From NCBI GenBank assembly GCA_951406725.2, contig OX597828.1, positions 30,070,001 to 30,134,000 on the forward strand: a DNA stretch of 64,000 nucleotides, given 5' to 3'. The position numbers were made by a program, and so were the translations under genes. This stretch comes from Octopus vulgaris (Eukaryota). Below are positions 52,330-64,000 of the stretch, piece by piece; the first letter of the stretch is position 1, and every line of letters begins with the position of its first letter. The notes under the pieces were generated by a model. That model saw only the letters and a list, made by a program, of their open reading frames with translations, was not told the DNA's origin and did no database searches.

Positions 52330-52925
52330 GTCATACCGGTTCCGTCATAGCTGTTCACTGACGTTGAATCAACACCGATTTCTAAACGGTGTTCGGTCTA
52401 ATAGTACCTTAGTGAAATATAGCATGCAAGGAAAGTAAGCAGTTCTGAAAGCGGTGCAATTAAGTTAGAAATGATTAGTAGAATATGAATAGTATATGGA
52501 ATGTATAAGGATTAGTGGTTTAATTGTATTAGTAAGGTTAGTAGTGCCCTGTATTAAGTTGTGTGTTCATGTTATGTTGTGGTTGATATTTATTAATGAA
52601 AGTTGCCTCTTTATTTAATCTTTGCTGCATTGAGGTGTTTTGGGAATATTGATACAAAGGGAAAATTAGGAAGTTTGGTTTAAGGTTCCTAGCACATCTA
52701 TCTATATGTTCACTGACCTGTATCACTCTATACTGAGGGAAAGAGATTTGGTCTTTGTAATTAAGTGTTCTTTGTCTGTGGGACATTCGTGTTTGTCCTA
52801 TATAGTGGTTTCCGCAGCCTAAGCACGTAATAACATTGATTAAGTTTTCAGAGGCACAACTAAAATTTGACTTTATTTTAAAAATTTACCCTTGTTTAAA
52901 GTGAAACTCTCTACCCTCCAATACT
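52330..52925 (-). mobile_element. Penelope-like element, inverted 3' part (GIY-YIG and tail)
   Basis: Minus strand FSCASENLINVITCLGCGNHYIGQT...R...KDQI...VSEHIDRC...FLIFPLY...RLNKEATFINKYQP is a GIY-YIG with a CxxC motif. Confidence 0.85.
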
Positions 52926-54913
52926 AAACGAACAGGATCAACAAAGACAATGCAGGGAGAAATTAGCGTTGGAAAAAAGTAAGACAGAAATCGAACTCCT
53001 CAAACTCAGATCTTTAAACAATGAAGAAATATTTTAAAACATTGATGAGTAAATATATACCGAATTAAGTAATCATTCTGATGGACAACACTTGGATAGT
53101 GTTTTCAAACTATGGAGAACAACATGTGAAGTTGAAGAGACCAATTCTCTACAACGCTTGGGAAAAAAGCTAATTTTTACCAAAACTATGAAACACAGTT
53201 CAACACAGAAAACATGTCGGATAAATTTCCCGAAGAAAAAGAAACCGAAAACTCACACAGAAATGACCTTACATTTTTCTGACTGAAACTACAGACAGAC
53301 TAGGGGACACAATTCCACCGGCCCTACCCCACTGTTGCTGGCAAACAGCTTTCACACGACTTATAGGAAATCCACTCGAAATAGAAAATCCGGCCGAAAT
53401 TTTCAAGGTCCCCTGTACACAAATCAAATGCTCCGTCGAACACTCCAAGCTAACCAAAGCTTTCAAGAACCATTACTTATCGATTTACCGCCATCATCTA
53501 AGAGCCATGGTAAAACTTGCCTTCGACACTTAACTTTCACCATGTTTACTTTAAGCAGTCAACTAGATAATATAAATGTTACCTCTATCCCCATTACAAT
53601 ATTAACGATAAATTTAACCCAAACCTCATCAACTCTAGACAGTATAACCACCCTCAGAATAACCATAATCAAGTCCACTACACAGTTACCCCACAACAAG
53701 CATACTACCACAGACGCACTTTACAACCAATTCTCCACACCAAACCAAATACAATTCAGACTTCTCTCAACAATCCATCCTCTACAACAATTTTTAAACC
53801 TAAACGAGAGAAACAGAGATGTAAAGTGGAACGCATACATGAACAAGCAAAAATAATCAACCTATAAAAGAAAATTCTAAGTATTACAAAAACTAAAATT
53901 CTTGTAAGAGGTTTGTCGTTTACACCAACCCCCTCGCAGATCGAACCCGAATGAAGTCAAGGATAACACTGTAGATTTTTGCCAAAGATTGCGTCTCATA
54001 GAAGCACTTCATAACTACAATAGCGAAGATGACTCAATAGTGAAAAACAAAAGCGCATAATTTTCAATTAAAGGCAGAAATAAAGCACTTGATGACTTTT
54101 GTGAACACATTACCGATTTTCCATTTAATGCACTACAAAAACAAAGAATTAAATCAACCTCATCACAAACGAATAGAAAAAATCTAATCGAGTTAAAAAA
54201 CGATATAAACGTAACCATTAAAGAAGCCGATAAAGGAAGTGCGGTAGTAGTGATGGACACAGTTTACTATAAAAATTTAATACTTTCCATGCTGGAAAAT
54301 AATACTTATTATGAGAAGACGGAGTACTCTATCTCACAGAAGACACTTAAAAACTTATCCTCCGTAATTCAAATACATGGAAAGGGCCTCACTAAAAGAG
54401 AAATTGATTATTTATCCAGCTTTAAATACAATCGAAGTTTCTTCCACAGCTTACCCAAAATACACAAAAGTCCACATATTAGTAAAGCTTGCAAGGATTC
54501 ATCAAGCCTATGCATTAATGTTCCCCCCCCCTACTGACCTCAAACTCAGACCCATCATTGTCCGCCCTGCTTGTAAAACCTACCGTTTGAGCAATTTCCT
54601 CGTCATATTACTCAAACCAGTTTTAGAATATGTAAAAGCCTGATCGGGGATGATTTAGACATGCTTAACCACCTCCAGAAAACAATAAATGTAAGAAACA
54701 TATTAGTATCATTTAATGTGGTGAACTTCTACACCAATATCTCACACGATTATGGTATAAAAATAAACACTTTCTGATTAAAAAATACCCAGAAGAGATG
54801 CCAGGACGCATCTACCAAAACTTCGTAATCACAGCACTGAAATTTATCCTCCAGAACAAATATTTCATGTTCGATATATTTTACAACATTAATGTGGAAT
54901 TGCATTGGGAACT
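52926..54913 (+). mobile_element. Penelope-like element, N-terminal region and RT (dead, truncated at the GIAMG-like motif)
   Basis: IINL...RGLSFTPTP, IKEADKGSAVVVMD, FHSLPKIHK, LKLRPII, LVSFNVVNFYTNISH, GIALGT. Stops and frameshifts present. Confidence 0.88.
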
Positions 54914-54914
54914 C

Positions 54915-55150
54915 CTTCTGACATTGCTATATTGTCTCAGGATTGACATCCAAAGAGCGTAACCAAGCAGTATCTCTACTTGACCTCACAAAAATGTTTT
55001 TCATGGGGTAAACAATACTCTCCCCAATCAGGAAAGATAACATATTAGATCTTTGTTTCACCAACAATGCAGGTCTTACCCGCAACGTGAAGGTAACACC
55101 GTCAACCTACTCACACCACAAAATGGTACAACTGACGACGTATGGTTCAA
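54915..55150 (+). mobile_element. CR1-like APE endonuclease C-terminal fragment
   Basis: SPIRKDNILDLCFTN...VKVTPSTYSHHKMV matches PTR..NILDL.FTN...SDH. Confidence 0.7.
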
Positions 55151-55387
55151 AACCAATTAATGATGTATTTGACATAGAGAGGAGAGTCCTTGTGAGGCAG
55201 AATAAAGATCGCCAATATAAAGAGAGTCTACCAATGTATTGTGACTAAATGTGGTACTAACACACAAATAACACACACAAACAACGCACACACATCACAC
55301 ACACAGCAGACACACACATGTATTTATGTATATTTATGAATGAGTGTGTGAGTATGTATGGTCGTGTATGTGTATCTACGTCTTCCT

Positions 55388-55600
55388 GTTTGATCCCCTG
55401 AATCGCTTGACAACCAGTGTTGATTAGTTCACGTCCTCGTAGCTTAGCGATTTAGCCAAAAATATCGACAGAAATAGCACCTGACTTAAGGAAAAGATGT
55501 ATAGGTAGTCGGTTGGATTTGGTCGATTCATCTCCATCAAGGCGATGTCTCAATATGGCCGCAGCCGATGATGGAAACAAATTAGGATGAAACATAAAAG
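55388..55600 (+). mobile_element. SINE family D, 3' half
   Basis: ATCGCTTGACAACC...CGTAGCTTAG...AAGGCG...ATGGCCGCAG is the reverse-complement match of 55638-55824. Confidence 0.75.
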
Positions 55601-55637
55601 TGAAAAATGGTCACTAATTTTTATTTTGTATTTTTTT

Positions 55638-55895
55638 ATTCTTTAATTAGTCTCAGTCATTTGACTGCGGCCATGCTGTAACACCGCCTTAAATCCAACA
55701 AATCGACCCCAGGACTTATTATTTGTAAGCCTAACACTTATTCTATCGGTCTTTTGCCGAACCACTAAGCTACGGGGCCGTAAACACATCAATATCGGTT
55801 GTCAAGCGATGGTGGGGGACAAACATAGGCACACACATACATACGTAAGTACATATATATATATATATATATATATCTATCTATCTATCTATCTA

Positions 55896-55935
<40 letters not shown>

Positions 55936-55967
55936 CTATCTATCTATCTATATATATATATACACAC

Positions 55968-55998
<31 letters not shown>

Positions 55999-56161
55999 CG
56001 AATGACTTCTTTCAGTTTCGCCTACCAAATCTACTTACAAGGCTTTGGTTGGCTCAAGGATATAGTAGAAGGCACTTGTCCAAGTTGCCACACAGTGGGA
56101 TTGAGCCAGGAACCATGTGGTTGGGAAGCAAGCTTCTTACCACACAGCCACGCCCGCACCT
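55638..56161 (-). mobile_element. SINE family D, full-length, with an expanded internal microsatellite
   Basis: Head at 56161 (GGTGCGGGCGTGGCTGTGTGGTAAGAAG on the minus strand), internal (TA)/(ATCT)n, tail GCATGGCCGCAGTCAAATGACTGA. Confidence 0.88.
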
Positions 56162-57299
56162 GTATGAATCACATTCCTAAGATCGTTACTCTGCTTCACA
56201 CACTTACTTCAATTTTTTAATCGTGCTAACGAAAGAAAAATTAATATTTTAACTATTTAATAAAGCGGGAACAGAAAGGAGTGAAAAACGCAATGGATCA
56301 CTGTCATTCGAAAAGAAAGAGCGGAATACACACATCATCGCAGAAATTAATTCTTATATAAATCAGAAGATTTAATATATTGATTAACGAAAAATACTAC
56401 CAACATAATTAAAGATGTCACGAGTATAAACAGTGATTTATTACCACAAAAATATACAAATAAATCATATTAGGAACAGCTCTGAATATTAAAAATCAAA
56501 GTAACTTGATTCAATTTCATTTAGTTCTATGTACTTTGAAACCAACTAGATACGTTCACAACGGCTGTCACACTTTATGCAATAAAAATAAACATTTATT
56601 CTGTGATGAAAAGGATAAAAATAAAATGAAAACGAAATGCAAAATTATAGAATTTAGTTAGGAATTATTAGTTGCGAAAATATGTTATGAATAAACTTTA
56701 GATCTTTAATAATAAACGAAAAAGGTTTAGAACATTCGCTATCGGGTTACTCGCATTCATGTAAGATAATACACACAAACACACACACACACATCACGTA
56801 TATATGTTTATCTATCTGTGTACATACGTGTGTATATATTTATTTATATGCATATATGTATATATAAATATATATAGATATATGCATATATATGTCTACA
56901 CACATATGCATACACAAACACACACATGTTTTGTATGTATATATATACGCATATATTTATACACATATATTTATCGCTGTTAGTGTATAGATAGATAGAT
57001 GGATGTTCAGATAGACAGATGGGTACAGAGTGAAGAAGAGAGCCGAATATATTTATGCCGTAACGTAAAGTTCTGTTCCGCGAAACACTTTTGTTTCAGT
57101 TTTTAGATTTAATCATCGATCGTCACACTTATGGGAAGAATGTATGGATAAACACACATACGTACATACACATACATACACACACAAACACACACATACA
57201 CACACAGAGTCACAAACACACGCTCTTATATATATATATTTTTTAAAAACCTTGTTACAGTCACGAAATTTAAATATTGACATTCTAAATAGGAAAAAA

Positions 57300-59600
57300 G
57301 TTTAAAAAAAACTAAAATAGAATTCCAAACCAGAGAAAGCATGCTATCGAAAGCCGAAATACCGAGTTAAAATAACAATGGAAGAACAGACCAAATAAAA
57401 TCTTCTAAACATGGTATGCGTAAGAACACACTAATAGTGAAGGTAGATGGTACAAGAGCGACTGGACAACTTCCATTCACCTAAACAGTATAAATGAACG
57501 ACAAAGTACCAATGGTTCACAGAACATGAAAACTCTTTTAAGGAACAAGATCACCAAACAAGAACGACAGAAGTCTATAATGATATAAAATCTCAACGAA
57601 GTTTTGAACCAACAGAGCCAAACGTGATAATTCCATCCTGTTATAACGAAACCTTATGGAAAATGATATAAAACTCCTGGAATCTAGATTTACGTTTATA
57701 TTCCGCTCTCAAATCTGACACAACAGATCTTATGAATCATATTGAAGATGTTTGTTAAAAATTCGCCCACGGGAAGTTTTTCAAAAGAGCGATGATGATG
57801 ATCAGTCATTATGTTAAACAAAACAGCAATTTAAGCTTCCAATGAACATGAATAAGCACTTTGAGGAATATATAACGTCTATGAAATAATCAAGAAAGTG
57901 AAATATTCCTAGAAAGCGATTGAAAGAAAACTTACGTACACAAACACGCTTGTATAGTCATGAAAGAAGCAGACAAATGAGGAACCAGTTTAATAATCGA
58001 CAAATCCCACAACGGAGGTTTCGTAGAACAACTAAACAACTAAAAATTACAAACTCATGCAGATAAACAATGAATAAAATTGATAAATTTATAGACAAAT
58101 TTAAAGTGGCATAACGAAGATGGAATGGATTACCACACTACTTTTAAGGTAATCGAAGCAAGTAACTTTTATAGGCTTTAAAAAATTTAGAAATACATAT
58201 GTGAAAGTAATTAGCAAAATATCTGATCTAAAATTATATTCAATTGTTGCATTGCAGAACCATCATCTAACAATTACGTTTGAAATTTGTGAAAATTGGT
58301 CTCTATATTCACTAGAGATGACATGAACCATTTAAACAATGTTCCAGAGAAAGTATCTAGAGAGCCGAGATGATCAGAATTAGTTTTGACGTAACCAGTC
58401 TCTATATAAATATCGTCCATGGATTATGATTAGAAGCAATAGAATTATGGATATACACAAAGAATCCAAAAGAGATTTGCAAAAGAGTTTATATTTGAAG
58501 GATTATGTCTGGTACTGGAAACAACTATTTCTTCTTTGAAGAATGCAAGGCACAGCAAAGGTAACATAAGTCGCACCGTCGCTGGCGACATAAGGTTTTT
58601 TCCCGGGAAGGAAAATCTATGCCCTATCAGAAATTACTTTTGATCCACCGTTTCAATGGCATTTAATCCAGTTTACTATGAAATGGATTAAAGGGGATTT
58701 TATTTTCTGGATATTCTAATACTTAATGAAAAGGAAACAATTACAACCGATCTCTACTTCAAAGACGCAGGCACACATCAATATTTAGATATTACATATT
58801 GTCCCCATTCCCACACACAAAAAAGGAACACTCTTAAATGTGGCAACACACATATGCACAATAAATACAGACTGGTAGAAGTATATATGTAGTTACAAAA
58901 ACAAAAATAAACCGCAAAACATATGAAATCTAATCGTAACCAACGCAAAAGTATTGCCAGTATATGCCCTACAAACAATTACTTACAGTGGTGAAAACAA
59001 AACCCACAATATAAATATTGTCTTTCTATTCACTCATAATCTTTCGAAAAAAAACACCCTAAATTCGGCCAAACGATACCTCCAAATTCTACATCAATCA
59101 CAGAATCTCTGACAAATAATTAAAGAATAACAAATCAACATCCATAGATTACCACCAAATCTCGAAAGAAAGTTAAGAAAGGTGAGATTGACATCGCAGA
59201 ATCAAATAATGCAATAAACTGTGGCAGTGACTCGTTGTGTGACGTGGGAAAATATTGAATAAGGAACAAACAAAAAGATTCAAGAAAGAGAAGGAATTAA
59301 AGATGAATGTAAACAAGAAACTCAAAGCAAAACGTCTCATCTCCTACATCACGTACCCATAATGAAAGAAGAATGAGAAAAGGGAATAAAACTAACCAAA
59401 CGTGTGAGTGTGCAGAGACAGCAAATGAAAGATTCCTCTTTTAGAAATGTTCGATTTAATAAATGGAAAATTAAAAATACTCCCATTTTACTACATGAAA
59501 GAGAAAAGTAATCAATTAGGGAATGCAAATGAAGAATACTTAATAAGAATTCTAGATCCAAAATGAAACCAGAAGTAATCAATCCCATTACCGAAAAAAG
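57300..59600 (+). mobile_element. Old near-full-length Penelope-like element (RT + GIY-YIG), heavily decayed
   Basis: IVMKEADK*G, SNFYRL*KI, SDLKL.SIVA, ISFDVTSLYINI, ITTDLYFKDAGTHQYL, LTKRVSVQRQQM and LKILPFY...EEYLIR occur in the correct order. Confidence 0.78.
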
Positions 59601-59769
59601 GAATAAAAAAACTCACTTTCCCTATATGGATTTGCCCAGAACAATACGAAAACTTCTTTCTCAAAGGAACAGGATTTTCTGTTATTTTTTCTAAAACAAT
59701 TAGTTAATTTGTAAGAAAATCTTTCTTTAAGTCTCTTTCTCTCATTCAGTGTCTTTCATGTTTTTCAGC

Positions 59770-60230
59770 CATGCAGTAGCGATCAAGCAGGGGTACGACC
59801 GTAATTTATAAATGAACTCCTTCGGATTCTTTGTCACGTATTGTTGTTTGTGTTGGTTCTGCCGAGATATTTTCGGACTCTCCGCTCCGATCAAGAAACA
59901 GGCCGTTGGCAGATTGATGGTGTCTGGAATACAGTTGCAGTTAGCATTGAGTGTTTATGTAAATGATATTCTTTCGAAGAGCTCGAAGGTTCTCCAGAAA
60001 CAGTTTTCTCGGAGACGTAAATAGAAGCGGTGTTGCGTGTTACGAATGTGTAACTGTTAGTGTACGTGTGATCTATAGAAGTTCAGCAAGCTATTTACTT
60101 CTGATAATTACAAGAGTTTCCGTGTCAGTGAAAATACAGACTGTGAGAAGCACAATGCTGCATGACGTGGGTCTGGAGAGTGAAGAATTCGCAAAGGATG
60201 TAAATAAATGAAGTGAGTATTATGAACCGG
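59770..60230 (+). mobile_element. Decayed Tx1/L1-like RT fragment
   Basis: IKQG, LSVYVNDI (SAYADDI) and YECVT...IYRSS (YE..TGA.IN..KS) in order. Confidence 0.4.
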
Positions 60231-62063
60231 ATGTAAAATATTCTGTCCTGGAGAGAGAATTAAAGTAATATGAACAAAACGCATAAGAGGAAACGGATGT
60301 GATGAGCAAGACAGAAAACTGTAATGGCACAGTCGTGTCTGCCATGTGTATGGATGGTTGCAATTATGTGGCAAAATGGAGGTAAAACTGGAAGGATGTA
60401 TATTTGGCGTTTTTACATGTTATGTTCTTGTTAGATTTACATATATCACACTCCTTCTTACGCTACTCTTTGTTCTATTGTGTCTCCCCGTTTCATCTCT
60501 GTATCTCCTTGCTATTATTCAGACTTTCTCCAACGAAGGTTGGGCACACAATCCGTCAGTAGTCAATCTTCCTCTAATATCGTTCATATTTATTACAAGC
60601 TATAAATCTCTCTCCATCAAACTTCCCTTTGATATTATTTATTATTGACAAACACTACTTTATCTCACTGAAAACTGCGTGCTGACAAAATCCGACACCG
60701 TACGAGAGATTTCATGGTGTTGTAAGGGATTTGTTACATCTTTAAAATCATTCATATTTGCAAGCAATATCTACACGTCCGAGTAATATGTAGATTACAT
60801 GTTTCAGAGCTTTACATAACACACCAAGTACAGCACACTTCATCATAGATGTTTATCAGACATTTAAGACGTGAGAACTTTCGTAATTTATGTGTGTCGA
60901 AATTTTATCTGCTTGTAGGCTTCACTGATGAGTAGAAGTGATTCAGTGCTACTTATCCCTTTGAGATAATTACAAATAACCAACAGTCCATTTTCTTTGG
61001 CTGCAATGTTAAACTAATTTACAGATTAAGTTTCATGGACAAACATCTATAAAGATTATAATCTGGCGTGAGCTGACGTTTGTTCTATTGAAATCATTCG
61101 TTGATAATACACAATGTTTTGGAAATATAAAGTAAACAGAAGGCTAGCACTTAAATTTAGTTGTATAAATATTCATTTGTGTGTGTAGTAGTGTTTACAC
61201 GTAGCGTTTAATAGTTGCATTGTCTGTATAAAAATCTCTTAATACATACATTCGTACATACATACATAGATACACATACAAATACCATTTAATAGTTGCA
61301 TTCTTTTCCTATAAATCTCCTGATACATACGTATATACATATATACACATACATACGTACACGTACACGTACACACACACATAGACCCATATGCACATAA
61401 ATTCATACACCCATACACAAAATGTACACATACATATACCTTTACATTCACCCATAATATATATGAATGTATGAGTATGTGTATGTAAGAACCATACCAG
61501 TACATCTATCACTTCATATACTTCTGTCTCTATGGCAATGTATACCGCTGTAAATGCGAAGACGAGTTGACATCTGTCATTAGAAATAATATAATCAAAT
61601 ATATCCTTTGTGATTGATTATTTCATTTTAATGTTTGACAACGTTTGTTTTTTTTCTCTATGCATAGCTTCATTTGAAACAAGTCAATTTCAAACAATAA
61701 CGTTTCAAAAAACGTAATTGTATTCTACAGTGCAGTCATTTCCTTCTTGTTTTGTGGGTCAGAAATCAACGGGTGATAAATCCTTTTGAAGAACCATATT
61801 GTCATCTATGAATATTGTAAAAATCATAATAACATAAATAAAAACGGGTTGGTGTCTACAACAACTGAATTTGTTTTGAGAAGCTCTTGTCGTCGGGTTA
61901 TCTACGACTAATATAGTTCTTGTAATATATCATGCATATTGAAAATGTGATGAGATATCTATTCATTGCAATATATTTATCAGCAATTTGTGACAGAAAG
62001 GAACTCAATATAAATTCATTTCTATCCTCAGCACAAATACAAATGTTTTGACAAAGCCTAACA

Positions 62064-62228
62064 CAGAATTGTTAGCGTTCTGGTCAAAGTGCTTAGCGGC
62101 ATTTCGTCCCTTGTTACGTTCTGATTTCGAATTACGCTGAGAACGACTTTTATTTATCCTCCTCTCGTGGTCTATTAAATAAGTACCCGTTGTGCACAGG
62201 GGTCGATGTAATTGCTAGCCTCCTGTCA
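62064..62228 (+). mobile_element. SINE family A copy
   Basis: CAGAATTGTTAGC...GCTTAGCGGCATTTCGTC...TACGTTCTGA...AAATAAGTACC...GGGGTCGATGTAAT. Confidence 0.8.
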
Positions 62229-62307
62229 ATGTTTTGAATAAAAGTTTAACTGAATTATAACACCCATCGAGCTCCTGTTCGATAGAACCAGGAATTGTGG
62301 ATAATGT

Positions 62308-62471
62308 CCTATTTCTTTACTACTCACAAGGGGCTAAACACAGAGAGGACAAACAAGGACAGACAAACGGATTAAGTCGATTATATTGATCCCAATGCGT
62401 AACTGGTACTTATTTAATCGACCCCGAAAGGATGAAAGGTAAAGTCGACCTCGGCGGAATTTGAACTCAGA
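62308..62471 (-). mobile_element. SINE family A, 3' part, CpG-rich
   Basis: AACTGGTACTTATTTAATCGACCCCGAAAGGATGAAAGGTAAAGTCGACCTCGGCGGAATTTGAACTCAG. Confidence 0.9.
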
Positions 62472-62810
62472 GTTCTTTTACGAGCTATTATTATCAATCG
62501 TGCATCTTTGAAACATGTACTCGACTGCTATTTCAAAATTTACAGAATTTAAAAATATATGTAAACTACAAACTGAGTTGAAACATTTCTTTGGTATTTT
62601 CACAAGAAAATATAGAAAATAAAGGAGAGCTCTAATGAGAGATCAAACGACACTTCTGAAGCTTGAGGTACATCTGATCCTGAAAAAGTTACAGGTGAAC
62701 AATGTAACGTTTACTGATGTAAAAAAATATCTGAATAAAAAAAAACTCCGAATTAATTTAAAATGAAGAAAGAGTCATTTGTAAATTTTTTTAAGTTATA
62801 AAAAGTATAT

Positions 62811-63093
62811 TATTTATATTATTTACTTTGAAGGATAATTGTTCTCCTCTTGTTTGTTGTTAACACAATGTCTCAGCTGATATACCCTCCACCCATCATC
62901 AGGTGTCTTGGGGAAATTTCGAATCTGGGTTCTCATTCCTAAGATATTTTTCTATATTATTATTATTATTATTGTTATTATTCAGGTCACTGCCAGAATC
63001 GAACTCCGAATCTTGGGGTTAGTAGCCCGCGCTCTTAATCACTACGCCATATGCCCATGGACAAATATCCGTCAAATGTAAATAATGTAAATA
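62811..63093 (-). mobile_element. Composite element: tRNA-like head + (AAT)n + degenerate hammerhead, between imperfect inverted termini
   Basis: tRNA-like 63056-62985, hammerhead-like 62906-62863, inverted ends 62811-62842 and 63061-63093 (29/33). Confidence 0.6.
62985..63056 (-). pseudogene. tRNA-derived sequence (Pol III A/B boxes), not a functional tRNA
   Basis: GGGCATATGGCGTAGTGATTAAGAGCGCGGGCTACTAACCCCAAGATTCGGAGTTCGATTCTGGCAGTGACC: A box TGGCGTAGTG and B box GAGTTCGATTC; the acceptor stem pairs poorly. Confidence 0.7.
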
Positions 63094-64000
63094 GTGGACA
63101 TACATCCTCATCTCTTAAATATAGAACTGTAGTTATGAAAAAGTGATTTTATTTTTATTTTTACCTTTGTAATCTAAGCGTATAGTTTAGCAATTTTTCA
63201 ATAAGATACAATTTCCTTTAAGCATATGGCTATGACACACATCTCCCTGAGCTGAGGATCAAGTGGCCAATTTAAATATGCGTTGTTTTTGCATCTACAC
63301 ATTCCACTTGCACTTCACTTTCCAAAACTTTTAATTTTTCGGACTCGGAAGTGGGTTGTAGGCTGGTCGTAGCAAGACAAAAATTATTTCTACTCTAGCT
63401 TCCGCCTAACCAAGAATTCTTCCCAAGAATCACACTGGCCTTGTTCACGACGTTGTCCTAAGTCTGGTTAGCGATTTCTCGCTTGTTCCGGTTTTACCAG
63501 TTTAAATAGAGGTTCGTCTTTTCTAATTCCGTTTCATATTTTCTAGATATAGCACCCCTGGAGGCTTCCCTGTTTGTCTCAAACAGTTCTACTATATCTA
63601 GATATTCTAGAAATGCCACCAAAATCTCTGTCTTCTGAAATGCTACCGACTTTCAAATGGTTATAATTTTCATCTACTATGGAAAGAGAAACGGATTGCA
63701 TAACCTTTCCAGGTCCTCGAAATAGTGTAAAACGTAAAATATTGACTCCATTCCGGGGTAGTCATCGAGTGTCTTATTTTTCAACAAATATATCGCTGGA
63801 GAATACAACGTTTGTATGAACGGACAATGTAACTATTGATTCGTGCATTCAGCGTTGCAGCCACTGTTTCAGCTGCAAGAGGTGTCAATTATTCGCCTAT
63901 TATAGTAATGAAATTTGCCACCTATGTTTGTCAAGACACTAATTCCTATTATCTACCTGTCACATGTAGCCAAACATTAATGACATTTCAGCTTCCGATA

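Noticed and set aside
52340-52420. Hammerhead in the tail of the inverted Penelope segment
   Set aside because: TTCACT/AGTGAA pairing, a GTC and a hairpin are present on the minus strand, but neither CTGANGA nor GAAA is in place.
53335-53856. 173-aa Thr/Ser-rich ORF as a host gene
   Set aside because: It lies in the low-complexity linker between the Penelope N-terminal region and RT.
60925-60955. CTGATGA-GTAG...CTAC hammerhead-like string
   Set aside because: Stem II is followed by TTAT instead of GAAA; no stem III.
63300-64000. Possible L1/Tx1 C-terminal zinc-finger region
   Set aside because: Cys/His residues are scattered over several frames with no reliable motif; left uncalled.

Overview
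AT-rich eukaryotic, repeat-dense DNA. I could not support any intact host protein-coding gene, so it looks intergenic or like a large intron. The microsatellite load ((TA)n, (CA)n, (ATCT)n, (ATGT)n, (AAT)n) and the SINE families resemble an octopus (coleoid cephalopod) genome; that is an inference from recalled repeat families, not a search result. Most ORFs in the supplied track are microsatellite translations or decayed transposon fragments. Recognisable content: four tRNA-derived SINE-like families (my labels A-D); dead non-LTR retrotransposons (R4/Dong-like, CR1-like, RTE-like, Tx1/L1-like); several Penelope-like elements (RT plus GIY-YIG); two mariner relics; and a ~1.2 kb 33-bp minisatellite. 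The most interesting signal is a set of minimal type-I hammerhead ribozyme motifs with palindromic stem III. The best are at 16753-16797, 21104-21152, 40432-40514 and 46061-46091. They lie in Penelope pseudo-LTR-like or ORF-less repeats that often form fold-backs. One cassette at 62811-63093 joins a tRNA-like Pol III head to a hammerhead between inverted termini. Boundaries of decayed elements were set by eye and are approximate.
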